Positions 9,030-24,200 of a DNA stretch of 64,000 bases are shown here, one piece after another. Positions within the stretch are counted from its first letter, which is position 1; each line of letters starts with the position of its first letter. Under the pieces are notes generated by a model. That model made no database searches and was not told the origin of the DNA. It worked only from the letters and a program-made list of their open reading frames with translations. The stretch covers positions 403,744,001 to 403,808,000 of the forward strand of contig OZ024741.1 in NCBI GenBank assembly GCA_964016885.1, given 5' to 3'. Source of the stretch: Eledone cirrhosa. Taxonomy: Eukaryota. The position numbers were made by a program, and so were the translations under genes.

Positions 9030-9259
9030 TGTTGTCTCTATAAATAGATATGTGCCTAAGCAGGTCTTTTTGTATGTCAACAATAGCATAATCTTGAAAA
9101 TAATAGCCAAAGTGTGTCTATTTGAAAAAAAATGTGATAGTCATAGTTAATAATTTGTTTAAAGAAACATAAAAAAAATTACTTATACAGTTAAATTTCC
9201 TGACTGGCAATTAGTTGACCGGGTCATTTTGTTTTATAGTAATAAGTTGTAAAGGTGGT

Positions 9260-12200
9260 TGATATGGTTGATTAGATTGATAGATCATAGTATCACTGTG
9301 ATATGGTTGAATAGTTAGAGTGATACATCCTAGTGTCTCTGTGATATAGTTGATTAGTTAGAGAGATAGATCCTAGTGTCTCTGTGATATGGTTGATTAG
9401 GTAGAGTGATAGATCCTAGTGTCTCTGTGATATAGTTGATTAGTTAGAGTGAGAGATCCTAGTGTCTCTGTTATATAGCTGATTAGTTAGAGTGATAAAT
9501 CCTAGTGTCTCTGTGATATAGCTGATTAGTTAGAGTGATAGATCCTAGTGTCTCTGTGATATAGTTGATTAGTTAGAGTGATAGATCCTAGTGTCTCTGT
9601 GATATGGTTGATTAGTTAGAGTGATAGATCCTAGTGTCTATGTGATATGGTTGATTAGTTAGAGTGATAGATCCTAGTGTCTCTGTGATATAGTTGATTA
9701 GTTAGAGTGATAGATCCTAGTGTCTCTGTGATATAGCTGATTAGTTAGAGTGATAGATCCTAGTGTCTCTGTTATATAGCTGATTAGTTAGAGTGATAGA
9801 TCCTAGTGTCTCTGTGATATAGCTGATTAGTTAGAGTGATAGATCCTAGTGTCTCTGTGATATAGCTGATTAGTTAGAGTGATAGATCCTAGTGTCTCTG
9901 TGATATAGCTGATTAGTTAGAGTGATAGATCCTAGTGTCTCTGTGATATAGTTGATTAGTTAGAGTGATAGATCCTAGTGTCTCTGTGATATAGCTGATT
10001 AGCTAGAGTGATAGATCCTAGTGTCTCTGTGATATAGTTGATTAGTTAGAGTGATAGATACTAGTGTCTCTGTGATATAGCTGATTAGTTAGAGTGATAG
10101 ATCCTAGTGTCTCTGTTATATAGCTGATTAGTTAGAGTGATAGATCCTAGTGTCTCTGTGATATAGCTGATTAGTTAGAGTGATAGATCCTAGTGTCTCT
10201 GTGATATAGCTGATTAGTTAGAGTGATAGATCTTAGTGTCTCTGTGATATAGCTGATGAGTTAGAGTGATATATCCTAGTGTCTCTGTTATATAGCTGAT
10301 TAGTTAGAGTGATAGATCCTAGTGTCTCTGTGATATAGTTAATTATTTTGAGTGATAGATCCTAGTGTCTCTGTGATATAGTTGATTAGTTAGAGTGATA
10401 GATCCAAGTGTCTCTGTGATATAGTTGAATAAGTGGAGTGATAGATCCTAGTGTTTCTGTGATATGGTTGATTAGTTAGAGTGATAGATCCTAGTGTCTC
10501 TGTGATATAGCTGATGAGTTAGAGTGATAGATCTTAGTGTCTCTGTGATATAGCTGATGAGTCAGAGTGATAGAACCTAGTGTCTCTGTTATATAGGTGA
10601 TTAGTTAGAGTGATAGATCCTAGTGTCTCTGTGATATAGTTAATTAGATAGAGTGATAGATCCTAGTGTCTCTGTGATATAGCTGATTAGTTAGAGTGAT
10701 AGATCCTTGTGTCTCTGTGTTATAGTTGATTAGTTAGCGTGATAGATCCTTGTGTCTCTGTGATATAGCTGATTAGTTAGAGTGATAGATCCTAGTGTCT
10801 CTGTGATATGGTTGATTAGTTAGAGTGACAGATCCTAGTGTCTCTGTGATATAGTTAATTAGTTAGAGTGATAGATTCTAGTGTCTCTGTGATATAGTTG
10901 ATTAGTTAGAGTGATAGATCCAAGTGTCTCTGTGATATAGTTGATTAGTTAGAGTGAGAGATCCTAGTGTCTCTGTTATATAGCTGATTAGTTAGAGTGA
11001 TAGATACTAGTGTCTCTGTTATATAGATGATTAGTTAGAGTGATAGATCCTAGTGTCTCTGTGATATAGCTGATTAGTTAGTGTGATAGATCCTAGTGTC
11101 TCTCTTATATAGCTGATTAGTTAGAGTGATAGATCCTAGTGTCTCTGTGATATAGTTGATTAGTTAGAGTGATAGATCCTAGTGTCTCTGTTATATAGCT
11201 GATTAGTTAGAGTGATAGATCCTAGTGTCTCTGTGATATAGCTGATTAGTTAGAGTGATAGTTCCTAGTGTCTCTGTGATATAGTTGATTAGTTAGAGTG
11301 ATAGATCCTAGTGTCTCTGTGATATAGTTGATTAGTTAGAGTGATAGATCCTAGTGTCTCTGTTATATAGCTGATTAGTTAGAGTGATAGATCCTAGTGT
11401 CTCTGTGATATAGCTGATTAGTTAGAGTGATAGTTCCTAGTGTCTCTGTGATATAGTTGATTAGTTAGAGTGATAGATCCTAGTGTCTCTGTGATATAGT
11501 TGATTAGTTAGAGTGATAGATCCTAGTGTCTCTGTGGTATAGCTGATTAGTTAGAGTGATAGATCCTAGTGTCTCTGTGATATAGTTGATTAGTTAGTGT
11601 GATAGATCCTAGTGTCTCTGTGATATAGTTGATTAGTTAGAGTGATAGATCCTAGTGTCTCTGTGATATAGTTGATTAGTTAGTGTGATAGATCCTAGTG
11701 TCTCTGTGATATAGTTGATTAGTTAGAGTGATAGATCCTAGTGTCTCTGTGATATGGTTGATTAGTTAGAGTGATAGATCCTAGTGTCACTGTGATATAG
11801 CCGATTAGTCAGAGTGATAGATCCTAGTGTCTCTGTGATATGGTTGATTAGTTAGAGTGATAGATCCTAGTGTCTCTGTGATATAGCCGATTAGTCAGAG
11901 TGATAGATCCTAGTGTCTCTGTGATATGGTTGATTAGTTAGAGTGATAGATCCTAGTGTCTCTGTGATATAGTTGATTAGTTAGAGTGATAGATCCTAGT
12001 GTCTCTGTGGTATAGCTGATTAGTTAGAGTGATAGATCCTAGTGTCTCTGTGATATAGTTGATTAGTTAGTGTGATAGATCCTAGTGTCTCTGTGATATA
12101 GTTGATTAGTTAGAGTGATAGATCCTAGTGTCTCTGTGATATGGTTGATTAGTTAGAGTGATAGATCCTAGTGTCACTGTGATATAGCCGATTAGTCAGA

Positions 12201-15200
12201 GTGATAGATCCTAGTGTCTCTGTGATATGGTTGATTAGTTAGAGTGATAGATCCTAGTGTCTCTGTGATATAGCCGATTAGTCAGAGTGATAGATCCTAG
12301 TGTCTCTGTGATATGGTTGATTAGTTAGAGTGATAGATCCTATTGTCTCTGTGATATGGTTGATTAGTTAGAGCGATAGATCCTAGTGTCTCTGTGATAT
12401 AGTTGATTAGTTAGTGTGATAGATCCTAGTGTTTCTGTGATATAGCTGATTAGTTAGAGTGAGAGATCCTAGTGTCTCTGTTATATAGCTGATTAGTTAG
12501 AGTGATAAATCCTAGTGTCTCTGTGATATGGTTGATTAGTTAGAGTGATAGATCCTAGTGTCTCTGTGATATGGCTGATTAGTTAGAGTGATAGATCCTA
12601 GTGTCTCTATTATATAGCTGATTAGTTAGAGTGATAGATCCTAGTGTCTCTGTTATATAGCTGATTAGTTAGAGTGATAGATCCTAGTGTCTCTGTGATA
12701 TAGTTGATTAGTTAGAGTGATAGATCCGAGTGTCTCTGTGATATAGTTGATTAGTTAGAGTGATAGATCCTAGTGTCACTGTGATATGGGTGATTAGTTA
12801 GAGTGATAGATCCTAGTGTCTCTGTGATATAGCTGATTAGTTAGAGTGATAGATCCTAGTGTCTCTGTGATATAGTTGATTAGTTAGAGTGATAGATCCT
12901 AGTGTCACTGTGATATAGCAGATTAGTCAGAGTGATAGAACCTAGTGTCTCTGTGATATAGCTGATTAGTTAGAGTGATAGATCCTAGTGTCTCTGTGTT
13001 ATGGTTGATTAGTTAGAGTGATAGATCCTAGTGTCACTGTGATATGGGTGATTAGTTAGAGTGATAGATCCTAGTGTCTCTGTGATATAGCTGATTAGTT
13101 AGAGTGATAGATCCTAGTGTCTCTGTGATATAGTTGATTAGTTAGAGTGATAGATCCTAGTGTCACTGTGATATAGCCGATTAGTCAGAGTGATAGAACC
13201 TAGTGTCTCTGTGATATAGCTGATTAGTTAGAGTGATAGATCCTAGTGTCTCTGTGTTATGGTTGATTAGTTAGAGTGATAGATCCTAGTGTCTCTGTGA
13301 TACAGTTGATTAGTTAGAGTGACAGATCCTAGTGTCTCTGTGATATAGCCGATTAGTCAGAGTGATAGATCCTAGTGTCTCTGTGATATGGTTGATTAGT
13401 TAGAGTGATAGATGCTAGTGTCACTGTGATATAGGTGATTAGTTAGAGTGATAGATCCTAGTGTCTCTGTGATATGGTTGATTAGTTAGTGTGATAGATC
13501 CTGGTGTCTCTGTTATATAGATGATTAGTTAGAGTGATAGATCCTAGTGTCTCTGTGATATAGCCAATTAGTCAGAGTGATAGAACCTAGTGTCTCTGTT
13601 ATATAGGTGATTAGTTAGAGTGATAGATCCTAGTGTCTCTGTGATATAGTTAATTATTTTGAGTGATAGATCCTAGTGTCTCTGTGATATAGTTGATTAG
13701 TTAGAGTGATAGATCCAAGTGTCTCTGTGATATAGGTGAATAGGTGAAGTGATAGATCCTAGTGTTTCTGTGATATAGCTGATTAGTTAGAGTGATAGAT
13801 CTTAGTGTCTCTGTGATATAGCTGATGAGTTAGAGTGATATATCCTAGTGTCTCTGTTATATAGCTGATTAGTTAGAGTGATAGATCCTAGTGTCTCTGT
13901 GATATAGCCGATTAGTCAGAGTGATAGAACCTAGTGTCTCTGTTATATAGGTGATTAGTTAGAGTGATAGATCCTAGTGTCTCTGTGATATAGTTAATTA
14001 GATAGAGTGATAGATCCTAGTGTCTCTGTGATATAGCTGATTAGTTAGAGTGATAGATCCTTGTGTCTCTGTGTTATAGTTGATTAGTTAGAGTGATAGA
14101 TCGTAGTGTCTCTGTGATATAGCTGGTTAGTTACAGTGATAGATCCTAGTGTCTCTGTGATATAGCCGATTAGTCAGAGTGATAGATCCAAGTGTCTCTG
14201 TGATATAGTTGATTAGTTAGAGTGATAGATCCTAGTGTCTCTGTGATATAGCTGATTAGTTAGAGTGAGAGATCCTAGTGTCTCTGTTATATAGCTGATT
14301 AGTTAGAGTGATAAATCCTAGTGTCTCTGTGATATAGCTGATTAGTTAGACTGATAGATCCTAGTGTCTCTGTGATATAGCTGATTAGTTAGAGTGATAG
14401 ATCCTAGTGTCTCTGTGATATAGCTGATTAGTTAGAGTGATAGATCCTAGTGTCTCTGTTATATAGCTGATTAGTTAGAGTGATAGATACTAGTGTCTCT
14501 GTGATATAGTTGATTAGTTAGAGTGATAGATCCTAGTGTCTCTGTGATATAGTTGATTAGTTAGAGTGATAGTTCCTCGTGTCTCTGTGATGCAGTTGAT
14601 TAGTTAGAGTGATAGATCCGAGTGTCTCTGTGATATAGTTGATTAGTTAGAGTGATAGATCCTAGTGTCTCTGTTATATAGCTGATTAGTTAGAGTGATA
14701 GATCCTAGTGTCTCTGTGATATAGCCGATTAGTCAGAGTGATAGATCCTAGTGTCACTGTGATATGGGTGATTAGTTAGAGTGATAGATCCTAGTGTCTC
14801 TGTGATATAGCTGATTAGTTAGAGTGATAGATCCTAGTGTCTCTGTGATATGGTTTATTAGTTAGTGTGATAGATCCTAGTGTCTCTGTGATATAGTTGA
14901 TTAGTTAGAGTGATAGATCCTAGTGTCTCTGTGATATAGTTGATTAGTTAGAGTGATAGATCCTAGTGTCACTGTGATATAGCAGATTAGTCAGAGTGAT
15001 AGAACCTAGTGTCTCTGTGATATAGCTGATTAGTTAGAGTGATAGATCCTAGTGTCTCTGTGTTATGGTTGATTAGTTAGAGTGATAGATCCTAGTGTCA
15101 CTGTGATATGGGTGATTAGTTAGAGTGATAGATCCTAGTGTCTCTGTGATATAGCTGATTAGTTAGAGTGATAGATCCTAGTGTCTCTGTGATATAGTTG

Positions 15201-18200
15201 ATTAGTTAGAGTGATAGATCCTAGTGTCACTGTGATATAGCCGATTAGTCAGAGTGATAGAACCTAGTGTCTCTGTGATATAGCTGATTAGTTAGAGTGA
15301 TAGATCCTAGTGTCTCTGTGTTATGGTTGATTAGTTAGAGTGATAGATCCTAGTGTCTCTGTGATACAGTTGATTAGTTAGAGTGACAGATCCTAGTGTC
15401 TCTGTGATATAGCCGATTAGTCAGAGTGATAGATCCTAGTGTCTCTGTGATATGGTTGATTAGTTAGAGTGATAGATGCTAGTGTCACTGTGATATAGGT
15501 GATTAGTTAGAGTGATAGATCCTAGTGTCTCTGTGATATGGTTGATTAGTTAGTGTGATAGATCCTGGTGTCTCTGTTATATAGATGATTAGTTAGAGTG
15601 ATAGATCCTAGTGTCTCTGTGATATAGCCAATTAGTCAGAGTGATAGAACCTAGTGTCTCTGTTATATAGGTGATTAGTTAGAGTGATAGATCCTAGTGT
15701 CTCTGTGATATAGTTAATTATTTTGAGTGATAGATCCTAGTGTCTCTGTGATATAGTTGATTAGTTAGAGTGATAGATCCAAGTGTCTCTGTGATATAGG
15801 TGAATAGGTGAAGTGATAGATCCTAGTGTTTCTGTGATATAGCTGATTAGTTAGAGTGATAGATCTTAGTGTCTCTGTGATATAGCTGATGAGTTAGAGT
15901 GATATATCCTAGTGTCTCTGTTATATAGCTGATTAGTTAGAGTGATAGATCCTAGTGTCTCTGTGATATAGCCGATTAGTCAGAGTGATAGAACCTAGTG
16001 TCTCTGTTATATAGGTGATTAGTTAGAGTGATAGATCCTAGTGTCTCTGTGATATAGTTAATTAGATAGAGTGATAGATCCTAGTGTCTCTGTGATATAG
16101 CTGATTAGTTAGAGTGATAGATCCTTGTGTCTCTGTGTTATAGTTGATTAGTTAGAGTGATAGATCGTAGTGTCTCTGTGATATAGCTGGTTAGTTACAG
16201 TGATAGATCCTAGTGTCTCTGTGATATAGCCGATTAGTCAGAGTGATAGATCCAAGTGTCTCTGTGATATAGTTGATTAGTTAGAGTGATAGATCCTAGT
16301 GTCTCTGTGATATAGCTGATTAGTTAGAGTGAGAGATCCTAGTGTCTCTGTTATATAGCTGATTAGTTAGAGTGATAAATCCTAGTGTCTCTGTGATATA
16401 GCTGATTAGTTAGACTGATAGATCCTAGTGTCTCTGTGATATAGCTGATTAGTTAGAGTGATAGATCCTAGTGTCTCTGTGATATAGCTGATTAGTTAGA
16501 GTGATAGATCCTAGTGTCTCTGTTATATAGCTGATTAGTTAGAGTGATAGATACTAGTGTCTCTGTGATATAGTTGATTAGTTAGAGTGATAGATCCTAG
16601 TGTCTCTGTGATATAGTTGATTAGTTAGAGTGATAGTTCCTCGTGTCTCTGTGATGCAGTTGATTAGTTAGAGTGATAGATCCGAGTGTCTCTGTGATAT
16701 AGTTGATTAGTTAGAGTGATAGATCCTAGTGTCTCTGTTATATAGCTGATTAGTTAGAGTGATAGATCCTAGTGTCTCTGTGATATAGCCGATTAGTCAG
16801 AGTGATAGATCCTAGTGTCACTGTGATATGGGTGATTAGTTAGAGTGATAGATCCTAGTGTCTCTGTGATATAGCTGATTAGTTAGAGTGATAGATCCTA
16901 GTGTCTCTGTGATATGGTTTATTAGTTAGTGTGATAGATCCTAGTGTCTCTGTGATATAGTTGATTAGTTAGAGTGATAGATACTAGTGTCTCTGTGATA
17001 TAGTTGATTAGTTATAGTGATAGATCCTAGTGTCTCTGTGATATAGCTGATTAGTTAGAGTGACAGATCCTAGTGTCTCTGTGATATAGCCGATTAGTCA
17101 GAGTGATAGATCCTAGTGTCTCTGTGATATGGTTGATTAGTTAGAGTGATAGATGCTAGTGTCACTGTGATATAGGTGATTAGTTAGAGTGATAGATCCT
17201 AGTGTCTCTGTGATATAGTTGATTAGTTTGAGTGATAGATCCTAGTGTCTCTGTTATATAGCTGATTAGTTCGAGTGATAGATCCTAGTGTCTCTGTGAT
17301 ATAGTTGATTAGTTAGAGTGATAGATCCTAGTGTCTCTGTGATATAGTTGATTAGTTAGAGTGATAGATCCTAGTGTCTCTGTGATATAGTTGATTAGTT
17401 AGAGTGATAGATCCTAGTGTCTCTGTGATATAGTTGATTAGTTAGAGTGATAGTTCCTCGTGTCTCTGTGGTATAGCTGATTAGTTAGAGTGATAGATCC
17501 TAGTGTCTCTGTGATATAGCTGATTAGTTAGAGTGATACATCCTAGTGTCTCTGTGGTATAGCTGATTAGTTAGAGTGATAGATCCTAGTGTCTCTGTGA
17601 TATAGCTGATTAGTTAGAGTGATAGATCCTAGTGTCTCTGTGGTATAGCTGATTAGTTCGAGTGATAGATCCTAGTGTCTCTGTGATATAGCTGATTAGT
17701 TAGAGTGATAGATCCTAGTGTCTCTGTGGTATAGCTGATTAGTTAGAGTGATAGATCCTAGTGTCTCTGTGATATAGCTGATTAGTTTGAGTGATAGATC
17801 CTAGTGTCTCTGTTATATAGCTGATTAGTTAGAGTGATAGATCCTAGTGTCTCTGTGATATAGCTGATTAGTTTGAGTGATAGATCCTAGTGTCTCTGTT
17901 ATATAGCTGATTAGTTAGTGTGATAGATCCTAGTGTCTCTGTTATATAGCTGATTAGTTAGAGTGATAGATCCTAGTGTCTCTGTGATATAGCTGATTAG
18001 TTTGAGTGATAGATCCTAGTGTCTCTGTTATATAGCTGATTAGTTAGAATGATAGATCCTAGTGTCTCTGTGATATGGTTGATTAGTTGCAGTGATAGAT
18101 CCTAGTGTCTCTGTGATATGGTTGATTAGTTAGAGTGATAGATCCTAGTGTCTCTGTGATATAGCTGATTAGTTAGAGTGATAGATCCTAGTGTCTCTGT

Positions 18201-21200
18201 GATATAGTTGATTAGTTAGAGTGATAGATCCTAGTGTCACTGTGATATAGCCGATTAGTCAGAGTGATTGATCCTAGTGTCTCTGTGATATAGCTGATTA
18301 GTTAGAGTGATAGATCCTAGTGTCTCTGTGATATAGCCGATTAGTCAGAGTGATAGAACCTAGTGTCTCTGTTATATAGGTGATTAGTTAGAGTGATAGA
18401 TCCTAGTGTCTCTGTGATATAGCTGATTAGTTAGAGTGATAGATCCTTGTGTCTCTGTGTTATAGTTGATTAGTTAGAGTGATAGATCCTTGTGTCTCTG
18501 TGATATGGCTGATTAGTTAGAGTGATAGATCCTAGTGTCTCTGTGATATGGTTGATTAGTTAGAGTGACAGATCCTGGTGTCTCTGTGATATAGTTAATT
18601 AGTTAGAGTGATAGATTCTAGTGTCTCTGTGATATAGTTGATTAGTTAGAGTGATAGATCCAAGTGTCTCTGTGATATAGTTGATTAGTTAGAGTGAGAG
18701 ATCCTAGTGTCTCTGTTATATAGCTGATTAGTTAGAGTGATAAATCCTAGTGTCTCTGTGATATAGCTGATTAGTTAGAATGATAGATCCTAGTGTCTCT
18801 GTGATATAGCTGATTAGTTAGAGTGATAGATCCTAGTGTCTCTGTGATATAGCTGATTAGTTAGAGTGATCGATCCTAGTGTCTCTGTTATATAGCTGAT
18901 TTGTTAGAGTGATAGATACTAGTGTCTCTGTGATATAGTTGATTAGTTAGAGTGATAGATCCTTGTGTCTCTGTGATATAGTTGATTAGTTAGAGTGATA
19001 GATCCTAGTGTCTCTGTGATATAGTTGATTAGTTAGAGTGATAGTTCCTCTTGTCTCTGTGATGCAGTTGATTAGTTAGAGTGATAGATCTTAGTGTCGC
19101 TGTGATATGGTTTATTAGTTAGAGTGATAGATCCTATTGTCTCTGTGATATGGTTGATTAGTTAGAGTGATAGATCCTAGTGTCTCTGTGATATAGTTGA
19201 TTAGTTAGAGTGATAGATCCTAGTGTCTCTGTGATATGGTTGATTAGTTAGAGTGATAGATCCTAGTGTTTCTGTGATATAGCTGATTAGTTAGCGTGAG
19301 AGTTCGTACTGTCTCTGTTATATAGCTGATTAGTTAGAGTGATAAATCCTAGTGTCTCTGTGATATAGCTGATTAGTTAGAGTGATAGATCCTAGTGTCT
19401 CTGTGATATAGCTGATTAGTTAGAGTGATAGATACTAGTGTCTCTGTGATATAGCTGATTAGTTTGAGTGATAGACCCTAGTGTCTCTGTGATATAGTTG
19501 ATTAGTTAGAGTGATAGATCCTAGTTTCTCTGTGATATAGCTGATTAGTAAGAGTGATAGATCCTAGTGTCTCTGTTATATAGCTGATTAGTTAGAGTGA
19601 TAAATCCTAGTGTCTCTGTGATATAGCTGATTAGTTAGAGTGATAGATCCTAGTGTCTCTGTGATATAGTTGATTAGTTAGAGTGATAGATCCTAGTGTC
19701 ACTGTGATATGGGTGATTAGTTAGAGTGATAGATCCTAGAGTCTCTGTTATATAGCTGATTAGTTTGAGTGATAGACCCTAGTGTCTCTGTGATATAGTT
19801 GATTAGTTAGAGTGATAGATCCGAGTGTCTCTGTGATATAGTTGATTAGTTAGAGTGATAGATCCTAGTGTCACTGTGATATGGGTGATTAGTTAGAGTG
19901 ATAGATCCTAGTGTCTCTGTTATATAGCTGATTAGTTTGAGTGATAGACCCTAGTGTCTCTGTGATATAGTTGATTAGTTAGAGTGATAGATCCGCGTGT
20001 CTCTGTGATATAGTTGATTAGTTAGCGTGATAGATCCGAGTGTCTCTGTGATATAGTTGATTAGTTAGAGTGATAGATCCTAGTGTCACTGTGATATGGG
20101 TGATTAGTTAGAGTGATAGATCCTAGTGTCTCTGTGATATAGCTGATTAGTTAGAGTGATAGATCCTAGTGTCTCTGTGATATAGTTGATTAGTTAGAGT
20201 GATAGATCCTAGTGTCACTGTGATATAGCCGATTAGTCAGAGTGATAGATCCTAGTGTCTCTGTGTTATGGTTGATTAGTTAGAGTGATAGATCCTAGTG
20301 TCTCTGTGATACAGTTGATTAGTTAGAGTGACAGATCCTAGTGTCTCTGTGATATAGCCGATTAGTCAGAGTGATAGATCCTAGTGTCTCTGTGATATGG
20401 TTGATTAGTTAGAGTGATAGATGCTAGTGTCACTGTGATATAGCCGATTAGTCAGAGTGATAGATCCTAATGTCTGTGTGATATGGTTGATTAGTTAGAG
20501 TGATAGATCCTGGTGTCTCTGTTATATAGATGATTAGTTAGAGTGATAGATCCTAGTGTCTCTGTGATATAGCCAATTAGTCAGAGTGATAGATCCTAGT
20601 GTCTCTGTGATACAGTTGATTAGTTAGAGTGATAGATCCAAGTGTCTCTGTGATATAGTTGAATAGGTGGAGTGATAGATCCTAGTGTTTCTGTGATATA
20701 GCTGATTAGTTAGAGTGATAGATCTTAGTGTCTCTGTGATATAGCTGATGAGTTAGAGTGATATATCCTAGTGTCTCTGTTATATAGCTGATTAGTTAGA
20801 GTAATAGATCCTAGTGTCTCTGTGATATAGCTGATTAGTTAGAGTGAGAGATCCTAGTGTCTCTGTTATATAGCTGATTAGTTAGAGTGATAAATCCTAG
20901 TGTCTCTGTGATATAGCTGATTAGTTAGAGTGATAGATCCTAGTGTCTCTGTGATATAGCTGATTAGTTAGAGTGATAGATCCTAGTGTCTCTGTTATAT
21001 AGCTGATTAGTTAGAGTGATAGATACTAGTGTCTCTGTTATATAGCTGATTAGTTAGAGTGATAGATCCTAGTGTCTCTGTGATATAGCTGATTAGTTAG
21101 TGTGATAGATCCTAGTGTCTCTGTTATATAGCTGATTAGTTAGAGTGATAGATCCTAGTGTCTCTGTGATATAGCTGATTAGTTTGAGTGATAGATCCTA

Positions 21201-24200
21201 GTGTCTCTGTTATATAGCTGATTAGTTAGAGTGATAGATCCTAGTGTCTCTGTTATATAGCTGATTAGTTAGAGTGATAGATCCTAGTGTCTCTGTGATA
21301 TGGTTGATTAGTTGCAGTGATAGATCCTAGTGTCTTTCTGATATGGTTGATTAGTTAGAGTGATAGATCCTAGTGTCTCTGTGATATGGTTGATTAGTTA
21401 GAGTGATAGATCCTAGTGTCTCTGTGATATAGCTGATTAGTTAGAGTGATAGATCCTAGTGTCTCTGTGATATGGTTGATTAGTTAGAGTGATAGATCCT
21501 AGTGTCTCTGTGATATAGCCGATTAGTCAGAGTGATAGATCCTAGTGTCTCTGTGATATGGTTGATTAGTTAGAGTGATAGATGCTAGTGTCACTGTGAT
21601 ATAGGTGATTAGTTAGAGTGATAGTTCCTAGTGTCTCTGTGATATAGTTGATTAGTTAGAGTGATAGATCCTAGTGTCTCTGTGATATGGTTGATTAGTT
21701 AGAGTGATATATCCTAGTGTCTCTGTGATATAGCCGATTAGTTAGAGTGATAGATCCTAGTGTCTCTGTGATATAGCTGAGTAGTTAGAGTGATAGTTCC
21801 TAGTGTCTCTGTGATATAGTTGATTAGTTAGAGTGATAGATCCTAGTGTCTCTGTGATATAGTTGATTAGTTAGAATGATAGTTCCTAGTGTCTCTGTGA
21901 TATAGTTGATTAGTTAGAGTGATAGATCCTAGTGTCTCTGTGATATAGTTGATTAGTTAGAGAGATAGATCCTAGTGTCTCTGTGATATAGTTGATTAGT
22001 TAGTGTGATAGATCCTAGTGTCTCTGTGATACAGTTGATTAGTTAGAGTGATAGATCCTAGTGTCTCTGTGATATAGCTGATTAGTTAGAGTGATAGATC
22101 CTAGTGTCTCTGTGATATAGTTGATTAGTTAGAGTGATAGATCCTAGTGTCTCTGTGATATAGTTGATTAGTTAGAGTGATAGTTCCTAGTGTCTCTGTG
22201 ATACAGTTGATTAGTTAGAGTGATAGATCCTAGTGTCACTGTGATATAGCCGATTAGTCAGAGTGATAGATCCTAGTGTCTCTGTGATATGGTTGATTAG
22301 TTAGAGTGATAGATCCTAGTGTCTCTGTGATATAGGTGATTAGTTAGAGTGATAGACCCTAGTGTCTCTGTGATATGGTTTATTAGTTAGAGTGATAGAT
22401 CCTAGTGTCTCTGTGATATAGCCGATTAGTCAGAGTGATAGATCCTAGTGTCTCTGTGATATGGTTGATTAGTTAGAGTGATAGATCCTAGTGTCTCTGT
22501 GATATAGCCGATTAGTCAGAGTGATAGATCCTAGTGTCTCTGTGATATGGTTGATTAGTTAGAGTGATAGATCCTATTGTCTCTGTGATATGGTTGATTA
22601 GTTAGAGTGATAGATCCTAGTGTCTCTGTGATATAGCTGATTAGGTAGAGTGATAGATCCTAGTGTCTCTGTGATATAGTTGATTAGTTAGAGTGATAGA
22701 TCCTAGTGTCTCTGTGATATGGTTGATTAGTTAGAGTGATAGATCCTAGTGTTTCTGTGATATAGCTGATTAGTTAGAGTGATAGATCCTAGTGTCACTG
22801 TGATGTAGCTGATTAATTAGAGTGATAGATCCTAGTGTTTCTGTGATATAGCTGATTAGTTAGAGTGATAGATCTTAGTGTCTCTGTGATATAGCTGATT
22901 AGTTAGAGTGATAGATCCTAGTGTCTCTGTGATATAGTTGATTAGTTAGAGTGATAGATCCTAGTGTCTCTGTGTTATAGTTGATTAGTTAGAGTGATAG
23001 ATCCTAGTGTCTCTGTGATATAGCTGATTAGTTAGAGTGATAGATCCTAGAGTCTCTGTGATAGAGCTGATTAGTTAGAGTGATAGATCCTAATGTCTCT
23101 GTGATATAGTTGATTAGTTAGAGTGATAGATCCTAGTGTCTCTGTGATATAGCTGATTAGTTAGAGTGATAGATCCTAGTGTCTCTGTGGTATAGCTGAT
23201 TAGTTAGAGTGATAGATCCTAGTGTCTCTGTGATATAGCTGATTAGTTAGAGTGATAGATCCTAGTGTCTCTGTGGTATAGCTGATTAGTTCGAGTGATA
23301 GATCCTAGTGTCTCTGTGATATAGCTGATTAGTTAGAGTGATAGATCCTAGTGTCTCTGTGATATAGCCGATTAGTCAGAGTGATAGAACCTAGTGTCTC
23401 TGTTATATAGGTGATTAGTTAGAGTGATAGATCCTAGTAGCTCTGTGATAGAGTTAATTAGTTAGAGTGATAGATCCTAGTGTCTCTGTGATATGTTTGA
23501 TTAGTTAGAGTGATAGATCCTATTGTCTCTGTGATATAGCTGATTAGGTAGAGTGATAGATCCTAGTGTCTCTGTTATATAGTTGATTAGTTAGAGTGAT
23601 AGATCCTAGTGTCTCTGTGATATAGTTAATTATTTTGAGTGATAGATCCTAGTGTCTCTGTGATATAGTTGATTAGTTAGAGTGATAGATCCTAGTGTCT
23701 CTGTTATATAGCTGATTAGTTAGAGTGATATATCCTAGTGTCTCTGTGATATAGTTGATTAGATAGAGTGATAGATCCTAGTGTCTCTGTGATAGAGTTG
23801 ATTAGTTAGAGTGATAGATCCAAGTGTCTCTGTGATATAGTTGAAAAGGTGGAGTGATAGATCCTAGTGTTTCTGTGATATAGCTGGTTAGTTAGAGTGA
23901 TAGATCTTAGTGTCTCTGTGATATAGCTGATGAGTTAGAGTGATATATCCTAGTGTCTCTGTTATATAGCTGATTAGTTAGAGTGATAGATCCTAGTGTC
24001 TCTGTGATATAGCCGATTAGTCAGAGTGATAGAACCTAGTGTCTCTGTTATATAGGTGATTAGTTAGAGTGATAGATCCTAGTGTCTCTGTGATATAGCC
24101 GATTAGTCAGAGTGATAGATCCTAGTGTCTCTGTGATATAGTTAATTAGATAGAGTGATAGATCCTAGTGTCTCTGTGATATAGCTGATTAGTTAGAGTG

